Notes under the pieces: model-generated
Told to the model about the DNA's origin: nothing
Seen by the model: only the letters and a program-made list of their open reading frames with translations
The model's database searches: none
Source: Octopus sinensis
Lineage: Eukaryota
Direction of reading: 5' to 3'
Length of the DNA stretch: 64,000 bases
NCBI RefSeq assembly: GCF_006345805.1
Contig: NC_043000.1
Span: 86,800,001 to 86,864,000 of the forward strand
Program-made: the position numbers and the translations under genes
Shown here: positions 40,803 through 53,890 of the stretch, piece by piece
Numbering within the stretch: position 1 is the stretch's first letter
Layout of the letters: every line of letters starts with the position of its first letter

Positions 40803-43269
40803 TATATATACGCGCACACAACTTACAATTTTATAGATTTACAAATGCTTCTAGCTAGGCACGAGTCTCGTTAATAACACCCTAAAGGTTCAAAAGATTT
40901 TCCTGTTAATAATGATGATATGAAACAAAATTTTCTGACAAATATTTGATGGTCCGATACATTTGGGTACTTGTGCACTCGCTAAAGTGCACGATGTTAT
41001 TATCGGTCAGGGTTAGTCGCAGTTGGAAAGCTGTTGGCGGTACTAATTTGGAAAAATATTTATTCCTTAAGTAGTACATGCTAGGAACGGTTGAAGAACT
41101 ACAAGTGGATTGAAATCACTTTGCTCATAAACCTAAAACAAAAAAAAAAAGAAAAGACAGAAAGAAAAAAAAGCAGTGACTAGTATTTGTTTTGAAAATT
41201 TTTTGTTTCGTGCCGTAAACTCTGGTATATCATTTTATAACGTTCTGTTACTGAGAATCCCATATCTGTCTTTGAGCAGTTCTCAGATTGAGGAAAGATA
41301 TCAGAATATCCGTTCCACCAGTCAAGCAGCCAGTTCCTCTGAGGTTTGTCCAAAGACATTTACAGTTAGAATTGATTCAAAAAACCAAAAGAGAATATAT
41401 ACAAGTAAGAGCAGTTTGCAGTGACGTGATGTCTGAAGATATTGATTGTTGACCGAGAGACATAAGCACTGGGGTGAATTGATCTCAGAATATAAAGTAA
41501 TGTAACTAAGTATTGCTCGACATTTAGTCCAATACTCTACTGTTTCTGCCAGCCAAGGTGATCGCCTAGCCTGCTAAAAATAGCAGTTAAATTGCCTTTA
41601 GATCATACACAACGGCCTTAAAAATGATATCCAAGACTATTGTATAACATACTGTCTTGAATATAAGCCTGCTCATTCAGTGCTAACCTTCGGCTAAACA
41701 ACAACAAGCAACATCTTTTGATGTTTGTCTATAATATAGATTAATATAGATTCTATATTAATCAAACATCAACAAGCAACATCTTCTGATGTTTGTCTAT
41801 AATATAGACTCCATATTAATCAAACATCAACAGTCACTCCAAGAACGTCATTATTCTTTCACTTTCAGTTCTGCAATTCAGTGGAGGAACACAATATATC
41901 AGCTGTTTGTCTTCTGGCATCGGCATCGCAGTAATATATTCATGTAAAATATTTTTATACAACAACAACGGTACATGATGTGCATCAATTTAAGTACCAC
42001 CACACAAGAAAGAAAATACGTAAACATAATATGCATTGAACTCTGGACAATATCAATTAAGTAGAGAGCAACAATTAACACTCTTATTTTAGCCAATTTT
42101 ATTCTGAATTACCGTATTTACCATTATTTGTGTTTACAGTCCCAAGTAATTAAGGACAATGACAACAAAAGTCAATTTTAGCACAAGAGTTTATTTCCGT
42201 TATTTGCTCACCTACTTTTGTATCTTCGTTACGGAAACGATTTTCTTGAAACAAATATGAAAACGTCATCTGAATTAGTGTCAAGATCAAATTAGATCTG
42301 CCTAATTAATTAGATGAGGTAAAGTTAGATGTGCGTAATCAAATACTATAACTGATTAGGTGAGGTAAAATTAAAAAGGTTAACATGCAGTTTATTGTCG
42401 TAAAAAAAGTTTAAATTGCGCTGGATGTATATTGCCGGGAATGCGTTCGATAGTAGACAAGTAGGTTTTCTATGTTGGTTTAGACAGCATATATATGGTT
42501 GCAAAGTTGTGAACCATGATTAAAGTTAGCTGATGAGAGCATTCATGTACATACTTTCGAAAACAATTGCCCAGGTAAAAACGAGGATGACAGTGCAGAA
42601 TGATAGTTGCTACATATGCTCTATTGTGAGCATATGTGGCAAAATAGATTCAGAGACCATGAATAAACTAAACGTACCTTTTATGCATAGTTTTCATGTT
42701 CGGTAAGTATAATAAAATTATGGGATTTCACGCAATATGCTTTTTCCATTTTTAGGACACTAATCTTGCATGCTAACTATCAGATATACCAAGTTAAATA
42801 TTCCAATTAACTAAGCCAGGTAAAACTAGATGTACCTAGTTAAATAGTCCAATTAATTAAATGATGTAAAATTAGTTGTGCTAAGTTAAATATTTCAATC
42901 AATTGAGGTAAAATTAGATGTTCTTAGTTAAATATTCTGAGCTGACATCATTGAATGATATCTGCTAAGCATCTTTAATTAATTCAAATTTGCCTTCAGT
43001 CATCTTGTGGTAATTCTTAGCTTACAAAGAAAGCAGAGTTGAGGGTATGATTTCAAGATATTGAAAAGAAAATTAAATTTTCTTGCATTGAGTGGGGAAA
43101 CCCTATCTTTGTTAGCCTTTTCATTGCCATATTTCTGATTGACTACACTGCATTTGTTACGATAAATTTTGTAAGTAAATGAAGAATTAAGATAACTTTG
43201 TCATCATTAAGGTGGTGTTTGGAATATAAATTAACACGAAATTTTGATGGAAGGTTTGAATTTGAGCTA

Positions 43270-43900
43270 ACAGTTTTGAGGGCTGGTGGTGATTAGTTGA
43301 TTATAGCGACCCCAGTTCTTGGATGGTACTTTATTTCATCGACTCCCGAAGGATAAAAAGTAAAATTCATCTCAATGGGATTTGAACTCAGAAAATTAAG
43401 AGCTGGAACAAATGTTACGACCTTTTTTTTTTTCTTTTTTCCTGGTGTTCTAATGATTCTGCTCGTGCACTGTCTTTAAGAAGGATTTCAAATTTTGGCA
43501 AAAAGCCTGCCATTTTAGGGGAAGGAAACGAGTCACATCAATCCTAGTGCTCAATCGGTTCTTTATTTTATCGACTCTGAAAAGATGAAAAACAAAAGTT
43601 GACCTTGACGGGATTTGAACTCAGAAAGTAAAGAACCATAAGAAATACCACAAGGCATTGTTTTGTGAGTCAATTCTGCCAGTCACCGCCGCTCTTAATG
43701 CGTTCAAATTTTGACACAAGGCCAGAAATTTTAGGGGAGGAAGGTTAGTTGATTACATTGAACCCAGTGCTCAACTGGTACTTATTTTATCGGTTCCCAA
43801 AAGATGAGAAGCAAAGTCGACCTCGACAGCATTTGAACAAAGATCATGAAGCCCGAAGGAAATGCCTCCTAACATTTTGTCTGGTGTGCTAACGATTCTA
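43270..43900 (-). mobile_element. Three tandem copies of tRNA-derived SINE family 2
   Basis: Repeated actggtacttattttatcgac...gatgaaaggcaaagtcgac...atttgaactcag. Other copies at ~3465-3670, 27725-27940, 30220-30490, 31600-31805, 33265-33400, 38470-38680, 50985-51200, 52340-52720, 57770-57890, 59575-59770. Confidence 0.85.
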
Positions 43901-44596
43901 AGGGAAACAACTCCTGTTGGCCAATGTCAAACTCAGATAAACACGGTTAAGTGGCGATTAATTGCAATGACCTACTCGCACACGAAATTCTAAGTGTGAA
44001 TCATAAACAACTGTAAAGAAATGGAAGGCCTTATTCTAACCTTTTATTTAATGTAACCGTTACAGGAGCTGTTATTTTCTCGCTCAGAACATTTCTAAAA
44101 TACCTGCGTAAATATCGTTAATATCTAAAACAAAACAAAATCCAGTTCAAATATTTGATGTTTTCTAACTGTTCTTAATTGTTTACGTTTGTAATCAATT
44201 TTTTGTTTATTTCCCGTTGACAATTCTGTGGTATAAACACAATAGCCTTTTGAATGTGCTCAGACTTTAGTCTTCATTTTCTCGTCCGAGCAAAATCTGA
44301 AACTGTTGAGTAAAGGAAACACTTGCAGCTTATGAAATCATCTTTATTTTTAGACATACGCTGACTTTTATTTATTTATTTTATTCTCAGGCGATCGTGT
44401 TTATTTATTTCATTATTTATTTTCTTAACCGTGTCAAATAAGTGCGAGTAAGGTGGTGCGAGCAATTATAATTCCTTTCGGCATTGCAGGTACAGTGGTA
44501 CCGTTAAACAACAAAAGCGCACGCGCAGCTATGTAAATGAATCAAAGAATCTTACATATGGACATTTTTCATGGTGTGTATGTGTCTGCATAGATA

Positions 44597-44728
44597 CGAG
44601 GGGTGTATGAAAAGTTTTGAGCCTTGGAATCTTGTACCTTCATCAGGAGTCTTGGCAAGACTTCCTTTTGTATCATGCTTTGTTTTTTGGGGTTTTTTTT
44701 AGGCTCAAGACTTTTCATACACCCCTCG
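44597..44728. mobile_element. Mariner-derived MITE
   Basis: 28-bp TIR cgaggggtgtatgaaaagttttgagcct / aggctcaagacttttcatacacccctcg (1 mismatch), flanked by a TA duplication. Confidence 0.9.
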
Positions 44729-45499
44729 TACATACACCGTGTGTGTGTGTGTGTGTAGCTTGACCCTGCCTGTGATTTGAAACCAAATCCACCGGCTTTT
44801 TGCTTGTCAAAACGAGTGGGTAATCCTCCACACTAGATGATTGATGAGGAAATACTCCACCCCCTAGGACATGTACTGGTCAAGGAAAGGTCAGTCCTAT
44901 GTTTAAAGTTTGACCTACATTACTGACCATAGTCTATATAACAGGGAATTTTTTATCTCTTCCTTGGAGGTGTAAACTATGACCAAGGAGCAACACCAGC
45001 TTTTGCGTCAGCCTTTACCAAGGGCAGCACTTCCCTTCGCCCTTTACTCGACATGCGAAGAGAGCCTTTCGACTGCAAGAAGGGCGATGCCGCTTTTATC
45101 CTTTCTTTTCTGGTCAGCACCATGCATTCCTTACCCTTTCACTCCCTATTGACAGACAACCTTTTACTAGACTATCAACTACTGACCAGTGAGCCATCCT
45201 TGTTGTCTCTATCACTAGAATTGCTACTGTCTCTTTAACTACCTGTTGAGCAAACGAATAAACATATGTAAATAATATTTTTTCATTCTTGGTTTTGATT
45301 CTCTGATGTTCACTGGTTACTCCTACACAAAGAATCTTGAAGTGTTACATACATCTGTACGCTACATTTAGTAGCGGGCTACATCATATCGAATTGATAT
45401 GGCACATTACTTCCAGTCCGCTACATATGCAGTTAAATACATTACTGCTCTATGCTTTAGAATGTGCTTCTTCTTTCGATATATGATACATTGACGATA

Positions 45500-45572
<73 letters not shown>

Positions 45573-45760
45573 CTTTATTAGCCACACAGGACTGAACACA
45601 GAGGGGACAAATTACAAAGTAGAGCTTTTCTTTTTGGGGAGAATAAAAATAAAAAGGGGGTAGGTTTTCGATCAAAAGGGATCATAAAAAGAGAGAAAAA
45701 AAAAATATATATATGCCTGAGTTGTCTAAGAGACCATAAGTCAGGGAAAGGATTCACTCG

Positions 45761-46340
45761 TATCATAAGCCTAACTTTGCCTCTAACCCCAAATGCAGGC
45801 TGATAAACCCAGCGAAGTCTGAGATCAGACAGGTGAGGAAATGGCTCATCAGGAAGATCGGTAATGGCATTAGAAATGCCTCTGATCTCGTTCTATGGTG
45901 CAACACCAATGAAGTCATTGCCTGGTTTACGGCCAACAGTGATAGGAGTAGAGCTAGGTTTAATCAATTTGATATAATGGACTTCTAACCATCTATATCA
46001 AGGGAGCTCCTGTTAAAAGCACTGAACTTCGCTAGGGCCCATACTGAAGTCAACAACAAGGACATACGCATTATCATGCACGCCAGAAGAACCCTACTCT
46101 TCAGTAAGGGGTCTGCTTGGACCAAACACACTGACCCAGAGGGCTCCTTCAATGTGGGATTGGGTGATGTGATAGTGTGAACAAATGTGACCTAGTCGGT
46201 CTCTTCATCCTAGATATACTAAAAAAGAAATAACCTTCAATAAGCTTTGGCCTCTACAGGGACGACGTGCTGGCAGTATCAAGAGGGGCTAATGGCTACA
46301 TGCTAGATAGGCTCAGAAAGGACCTCTCAGGCACCATGAA
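45761..46340 (+). mobile_element. Penelope-like element reverse transcriptase fragment (stops and a frameshift)
   Basis: Manual translation: HKPNFASNPKCRLINPAKSEI...QFDIMDF*PSISRELLLKAL...SFNVGLG / CDLVGLFIL...FGLYRDDVL. These are PLE RT motifs (FDI-x-DFYPSI, LYRDD). Confidence 0.8.
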
Positions 46341-46409
46341 CAAAAAAAAAAGGTGCTAATCCATCTCTGACAATAGAGAGCAGTCGCCATATTCCTTTCC
46401 ATATCAGCT

Positions 46410-46490
46410 AACTCTGATGAGCGTAAAATTATTTAACTAGTGTTATCTAACACTCCATTGCATTCTTTACATGAAACCGATTGGTAAGAC
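46410..46490 (+). ncRNA. Hammerhead ribozyme motif with long stem II (family B, copy 1)
   Basis: CTGATGA (46414)-gcgtaaa...tttacat-GAAA (46473)-cc-gatt-gg-TA. Core and GUA cleavage triplet are intact; stem I is weak. Lies just 3' of the PLE RT fragment. Confidence 0.6.
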
Positions 46491-47399
46491 CAGCCGTGAT
46501 GGATATTTAATACTATACATTTCAGATAATATATGTGTGTATAAAGTAGTAACAGTCAGAGAAAAGAAGATTCGATACCATAGTAAAAAATAATATTTTA
46601 TTTTAGTCGAATCAGTTTCTTGCTACTCTGAGTTTCACCTGTGGGTGCACAGACTTCATTCATACACACACACACACACACACAACACATTATTTTTAAT
46701 TAATAGAAGTTACAAAGTGACTCAAGATCCGAGTTTCCTGCACAGCACTTGAGTCATTTTGTAACTTTTGTCAACTATTTGCTCAGAGATCTCAAGATTT
46801 GTGTATAGCATTTATCATTGTAAAGACGATATGTACTTTACACAATTTATTGACTGCATTTTGTTGTCTCTTTGTGAACTCAAAGAAAAGTGCCTATGTA
46901 TATGTGTTTATGATATATGCACAAACACTCACAGTCATGGTCTTCGGTGTTACTCATGTGTTTCCTTCTTCCTACCTCTCTTTCTTGCTGTATATACAAT
47001 ACGTGCATGTGTGTGTGCTGAGATGAGAATTCATAGCTTCCAAATTTCTTAAGAGAACTACTATATTTCACAGGAGAATCATCTGGATCTCATGTTACTG
47101 AAGGTTCTTGGGTAAAACTTTTCATAAAGAAAATTACCAGAGTAGATTGCTACAGCCTAATCTTTTGGACAATCAAAAAGTATAGTAATATTTTATCCAA
47201 GAAAAGCAGTCCATATCTAACTGAACTTTACTTTAAGATAAAGTGATGCATTCCTATAATTCTTTGAGCTCATGCCAAAGTCAAAATCCTTCTTCACCTC
47301 TCCTGATATGTTGTTGCTTTTTTGTTATTTTTTTCATTTAATTTTATTGTTTGATCCTCATAGTTCAATAGTCATTACATGGATTCTATCTTCTCCTCA

Positions 47400-47790
47400 C
47401 TGAACTCTTTCAAGTCATTGATAGACACTTCTCTTTTATGCTCCCCAACCAAGTTATATATGACTTCTTCACATAGATTTGTCGAAAAATACAATTTCCT
47501 TGACTACAAGCTCTCACACACACCAGGCCACACATACTTTCCAACAGGGGATCAGGCATTTAGAACAAAGTTCCCTCCATGATTTCAGTATTATACGTAC
47601 CAAATCTACAGTGGCAAAATGTTTCCTCCATAACTCTTTCAACATCATTCCACCATAAAAAGTTGTTTAAAACAGGTCCTGCAGCATATATTCCTTCTTT
47701 TGAAATTTGGTATCACTTGATCCATGGGCTGTAGTAGAGAAGTGATGTTGAGAGGTATTAAATAGTTGTTAAAAGGCCCCCATGTATGAA
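47400..47790 (-). mobile_element. pogo/Tigger DDE transposase remnant
   Basis: IPLNITSLLQPMDQVIPNFKR in ORF 47645..47980 matches the pogo LPPNTTSxLQPMDQGII motif. Confidence 0.7.
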
Positions 47791-48803
47791 TAACAACTGT
47801 ATGGTATGTAGGATAAACCCACAGGTTAACTGTAAGATAGGAATATAGTCTATGACATACAGTGTACTGAGGGATGGTGCAGAAATAAAACAACAACATA
47901 CATTGTGGAGACAGCACATAGCATAGGGAAGCAGATAGGTGAACACTGACAGGAGCGCAAAGAAGTGAAAAGCTCATCAATGCTTTAACAACATGCTCAA
48001 TTAGAACATGGGGGCTTCGTTAATAACATAGAACAGATTACAAAGGCCTCACACATAGTAGTAGTCAAACCAAGCCTCGACAGAAAACATAAATAGAACA
48101 ATAATACCTCTCCACTACACTATGGAACATGACAACTAAAAGCAATGGGGGAAAAAGACACAGATACGAACAGTATGATACATAAACCCAGATACACACC
48201 AAGACTCACATACACATAATTATGATGGAATGAGAAAACAAAAAAGAGAAATAATCAGTAAATAAATGAATAAAAATAAAGTAAATAAAGGACATGGGTA
48301 CAAACAGTATAGTAAGCAGATCCATATACACACACACAAAGCACACATACAATATATGTAGACATGCACACACACAGATACAGATGAAAGATGAAAACAC
48401 ATGTGCAGATAAGGATACACACCATAGAAAGCCAGAATGGACTAGACAGGACAGGAGGAGATATATGGGATGGAGAGTCACTGGAGAGGTCACAGGACAT
48501 GTGACAAAAGATTTAAAATAAAGGACACTGAAATAAGAACAATAATAAATCTGAAGTGATGAACTAGTATATAGTGCATGTGTTTATTTGGCAAAAAAAA
48601 AAGACCATCCCAAAATATAACAATATATATATAAGCTACTACACACATTTTTTCCTCTCCTTGTTTTTTTCTGTGTATCTTTCTGTAGAAGAGCGTAGGC
48701 TCGAAACATAAAAGGCTTTTTCTATTCCTGAGCGCTATACTAATACATCTGTTTGTTTGTACACCTTTTGTTTATCTTTTGTTTATTTTCGTAAACTTTC
48801 CCT

Positions 48804-49130
48804 GCACGGCTCAGTGGTTAGAGCGTCGAGCTTACGATCGTGAGGTTGTGAGCTCGAATCCCGGACCGGGCTGCGTGTTGTGTTCTTGAGCAAGGCACTT
48901 TATTTCACGTTGCTCCAGTTCACTCAGCTGTAGAAATGAGTTGCGACGTCACTGGTGCCAAGCTGTATCGACCTTTGTCTTTCCCTTGGATAACACTGGT
49001 GGTGTGGAGAGGAGAGGCTGGTATGCATGGGCGACTGCTGGTCTTCCATAAACAACCTTGCCCGGACTTGTGTCTAGGAGGGTAACTTTCTAGGTGCAAT
49101 CCCATGGTCATTCATGACCGAAGGGGGTCT
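48804..49130 (+). mobile_element. Young tRNA-derived SINE (family 3)
   Basis: ggctcagtggttagagcgtc...gagctcgaatcccgg head followed by gtgttcttgagcaaggcact. CpGs intact. Degenerate relative at ~26590-26790. Confidence 0.8.
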
Positions 49131-49436
49131 TTTATATATATATATATATATATTTATACATACATACATACGTATATACACATATATATGTATTATATAT
49201 GGTCTTGAAGAAAACTGAAATAGTGTCTTCTACCTATGAATGCTAAAGACTTTATTCTAGGAAGAAAAATGAAATTACTTAAATATATAAAGTTTATATG
49301 CAATTTTTTTATGCAATTTCTGAACAAAAATCTTTTGTAATATTTACATATTCGATGTAAATTGGATTAATAAATTTATTTATTTATTTATTTATTTAAT
49401 TCATTTCACTAAGAGAAAAGTGAAATTAATTCTTGG

Positions 49437-49822
49437 TGCAGGCATGGCTGTGTGGTAAGAAGCTTACTTTACAACCACATGGTTCCAGGTTCAGTACCAC
49501 TGTGTGGCACCTTGGGCAAGTGTCTTCTACAATAGCCTCGGGCTGACCAAAGCCTTGTGAGTGGATTTGGTAGACAGAAACAGGAAGAAGCTCATTGTGT
49601 ATATATATGTATATATTTGTGTGTGTCTGAGTTTGTCCCCACACCATCGCTTGACAACTGTTGTTGGTGTGTTTACATCCCTGTAACTTAGCAGTTTGGC
49701 AAAAAAGACCGATAGAATAAGTACTAGGCTTACAAAGAATAAGTCCTGGGGTCGATTTGTTCAACTAAAGGCAGTGCTCCAGTATGGCCGCAGTCAAATG
49801 ACTGAAACAAGTAAAAGAATAA
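49437..49822 (+). mobile_element. Full-length tRNA-derived SINE (family 1)
   Basis: A-box tggctgtgtggtaag, B-box ggttcagtacc, core gccttgtgagtggatttggtagac, tail gactgaaacaagtaaaaga. Other copies at 8205-8320(-), 19445-20030(-), 22618-22895(+), 25748-26110(-), 36963-37125(+), 53625-53680(+), 56750-56815(+). Confidence 0.9.
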
Positions 49823-50179
49823 GTGTTATTTTCCCCTTGCAATAAGAACCAAACAAGCAATGAATGACTAGCTTACAATGCTACTAAAATTTTTGTGAAA
49901 CATCTGTGTTCTATGCTCAGAAAAGGTGCAAATTTTATTGTGAGTGTATCTGTACTGAGTGATCTACTATTCAGCTATGTATGTAGAAGTAACATATAGC
50001 TGAATTCAGCACTTACAATAGCTAGAATTAGGTATATTTTCCTTATAACAGTACAACTGGAGATGGCTTGTGTAATAACTACAACAACTGTTACAGTTAC
50101 TTCATCAGGGAAGAAGATTAGTTGGAACTGTTTCAACCAATTTCTATGTTTAAGTGTGTGTAGTGGGGTACAATGATGT

Positions 50180-50830
50180 TTTCATATGAGTAACATTTAT
50201 GTTTCCTTACTGCTGAAAGTGACATGATTATCAAATCACTATTGAAGGATATTTTAAGAGTTTCTGTTCATGGAGTCAGTGCAAGTTTGGTGGGTGGTGT
50301 CTACTGCTGGTGGATGATGCCTGGTTGGGAAATGCTTGGGAAGCATGAAGGGTAGTATCATTGTACAGATGGCATGAGAGTGAGTGTTGTTGGAAGTGGT
50401 AGCAGGTAAATCATTAACATATAGAAGAGAGTGGATGATGAAAGCGAATGCTGGACATAGAGGAACAGAAGGAGCCTGAATATGGGAAATTTCAATCAGA
50501 GATCTGCATGCCAGATGGGTCAAAAACTTTGCTGATGTCAAGGGCATCTACATTATTTTCACCAAATGTCTCAAAGGTGAGAGCCCACTGGTAGATGATG
50601 CAGGACAGTAGGTCACTAGTGGATCTGGCTTTACCAAAACCATAATAACGGATGTGAAAGGCAAAAGAGACAGATCCAAGTTGTTGGCAACCATCATTGT
50701 TAATGATTATTATTGGAAATGAGTGCAATAGTTTCAAAGTTAACATGGTTAGAACATTGCTTTTTGAAAATGGAACATATTGTCTGTGTTTAGGTTCAGA
50801 GACTTTGCAGTGCTCAGACATAAAATAAAA
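50180..50830 (-). mobile_element. CR1/Jockey-type LINE RT fragment
   Basis: YGFGKARSTSDLL...ALDISKVFD and LLYVNDLP. Confidence 0.75.
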
Positions 50831-51589
50831 TATATAGTTTTGATATGATTGACTGGAACTCTTCAATACTATTTCTTTAATCGATTTTGTATCCCTTTGA
50901 TTTTTTTTTTGTTTTTGTTATGCATTGTTTTCTTCATCTTTCCATATTACTCTTCAGAACTACTTCTCACCCACACATATAGGTTTCAAATTTTGGCACA
51001 AGGCCAGCAATTTTGGATGAGGTGGGTAAGTCAATTACATCCACCCTAGTTCTCAACTGGTACATTTTTTTTATCAACTTCAAAAGGAAGAAAAGTAAAG
51101 TTGACCTTGGCGGAATTTGAATTCAGATCATAAAGATGGATGAAATGTCACTAAGCATTTTGCTTCGCATGCTAATGATTCTGCCAACTTGCCATCTTTC
51201 CTCACATACACATTTAACTTAGATATGTAAACACTGTTTGGCTAAATGGTTAAAAGTTTGCTTTGCAACTGTGGGCTCCAGAAACTGATTCTACTACATG
51301 GACAATTGAGCAAATGTCATTTCTGATTATCTCAGATTGTCTCATATCCTGTGTGTGAAATTAGGCTGACAGAAACTGTGTGAAAGTCTGTCAGATGGAT
51401 TATACCAATATTTCAAAGGTACAGCCTTGTTACACACTGTGAGTGGTTGATCCTGTTTGAGAATTATGTTAAGGGTACATGTAACTGTGGAGTACTCAAC
51501 TATTTACATATTAATTCAGAAACAGGTAATCAGTTATCGGGCAAGTGACTCATCATCATGGAATGACAGAGAGCCACTTCTAATGTATA

Positions 51590-52325
51590 TGGGACAGTAG
51601 GCGAAAGGATCTGTTAAATTGCTCAGGTCTGGTTTGGTACTGATCTCCAAGTGGAGAAATACTGGGACAAGCTAATGGGCAGGGTGGCCAATCTCAGAAA
51701 TGGCCTGAGAGAAAGTTGTCTCTGAAAGGTTGGGCAAAGATGCATGTAGAGTGCTTGAGCTTTGCTGACTTACGAGTTTATGTTGAACACCTGTTGTCAA
51801 ATTTAGGACAGATCTGGCTATCAGTTGAGTCCATTATGAAGATCATTCCAATGCCTTCCTTTGGCTGGGAAGGGCAGGCAGTGTCTATTTGTCTGGTGGC
51901 CTTAGTGAAAGAGGTTGTGTGGTGGACCAGATTGAAAGATAGATACTTTCCTTTTTGGCCAAGTCACATCAACTTTTCCAAGTTTCACTTGAAAAGGAAG
52001 GTGAAGATAAAGAGGGAAGTGCTGCCTCCCAGCAATTTTATTGAAAGGTAGGTGAATGTGGCAAGAATGGTCTGTGTAAGCAGACCTACTCTAAGCATAT
52101 ACCTGTAGGTTGAAGGCAGACAATGTGGAGAGGGTGCTTGTTCTAATGATCAGAGCAACTGTGGTTTTGTGGTGTCTTCACAAGCAGCCCTAGGAAGTCT
52201 CCCATTTTTTGGGGAATTTTTCATTTTTAAAATTTATTTTATAATTTTCAGTTTACACACCTCTCTATGTAATCCCACATTGTACTGTATTGTCCTCAAT
52301 GTTTTTTTTGGCGGTAAATAAAGAA
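51590..52325 (+). mobile_element. L1/Tx1-clade LINE 3' fragment
   Basis: gtctggtttggtactgatctccaagtggagaaatactgg is homologous to the reverse complement of 29030-29070. Ends in an aataaagaaa-type tail. Confidence 0.65.
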
Positions 52326-53850
52326 AGTGGTATTAGTAGGGTGGAAAGCTGGTTGAATTGCTAGTATATCAAGTAAGATGCTTGCCAGCATTTTTACTGG
52401 CTCTTTCTTTATATTCTAAATTCAAAACCTGCTGAGGTCAACGTTGGTTTTCATCCTTTTATGGTCAATAAAAGAATGTAGCAGTCAGGTTGATGTGATC
52501 AACTAGTCCCATCTCCCTCTAAAATTTCTGGCTTTTATGCCAAAATTTGAAACAATTATTAACGACAGGAAGACCAGCTCTTTATGTTCTGAGCTCAAAT
52601 TCTGCCAAGGTGAGATTTACCTTTCACCCCTTTCAGAGTCAATGAAATAAGGTATCAGTCAAGATTAACCCCTGCTCAATCCTTCCCTCAAAACTGTTGA
52701 TCTTATACATAAACAAGAGACAATTATTTGTGGACTTTTTTAATAGCTGTCACGATTTCATTTTAATTATGACAGCTGTTCTGAAAGTTCATCCAATTAT
52801 TAATGGCAAAAATAATCCATTTGCTTTATTTTATTTTATTTTTTTAATTTTTTACCTTCTTGCAGTTTAATTGCCTAGTTCCATTTCAACCAAGTGATGA
52901 CTAATAATTGTGTTATAATTACGACAATTCCAGATTCTTCTTTAAGTATGTTAAGCTACAAGTCAAGAATGCATTTGAAAGTTTTGTAACTGAATTCTTT
53001 CTTGTCTTGCATTCTTCAAATACTTTCTACCTGATGTATCCCATTTTGTGACACTACACATTACATAGTTATTGTTTTTGTTTGTTATTTTTTTTTTCCT
53101 TTTTTGTTAATTTTTTCCATGGATTCTTACAACTTGTATCAACTTCATATTACCTTGGTAACTGATTCAATGTTTCTTCTTCTTCTTCTTCTTCTCCTCC
53201 TCCTCCTCCTCTCCTCTCCTTTCTCCTTTCCTTTCTCCTTTCCATTCTCCTTTTCCCCTCCTACCCTTACTCTTCATTTTCCTCCTTCTTCATACAGCAC
53301 CACCCAATTTTTTTACAGAAATATCCCAAAATTTTACCATAGTTTTGCAAACTAAAATTAAATGTAAAATATAGAAATCTTATATATTTCCACACATTCC
53401 ATAATGTCTTTTTGCAAAGTTTTAAAACACCAAGTCATCATATGAATACTTATATATATCTTTGAGTATTTTAATATAATACCAATTATTTTTGTAGACG
53501 CAATAATTATGCACAGTAGTGTGCTTATATATGTGTGCCCATATACTTATACATACATACATACGTACGTATGTGCATGCATGCATGAATGCATGCATAC
53601 ATACATACATACATGCATGCATGAAGACCAAAGCTTTGTGAGTGGATCTGATAGTCGAAATCTGAAGGAAACCATCATATATATATAGTATATATCTGCA
53701 TGTGTGTGTGGGGTGTGTAGATATGTGTATGTTTATATTTTTAGTGATATTTAAGAGAATTAACAGAGTGACTATTTTGATAAGTGCCAACACACAAAAC
53801 TCTCAGACCTTGAGTCACTCTGTTACTTCTGCTAAATGTGTGTGTGTGTG

Positions 53851-53890
<40 letters not shown>

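Noticed and set aside
42280-42940. CRISPR-like spaced repeats
   Set aside because: Degenerate minisatellite with no unique spacers or cas genes, in a eukaryotic context.
48804-48875. tRNA gene-like sequence
   Set aside because: No proper acceptor stem, and it runs straight into a SINE body. The same applies to the heads at 24030, 36963 and 49440.
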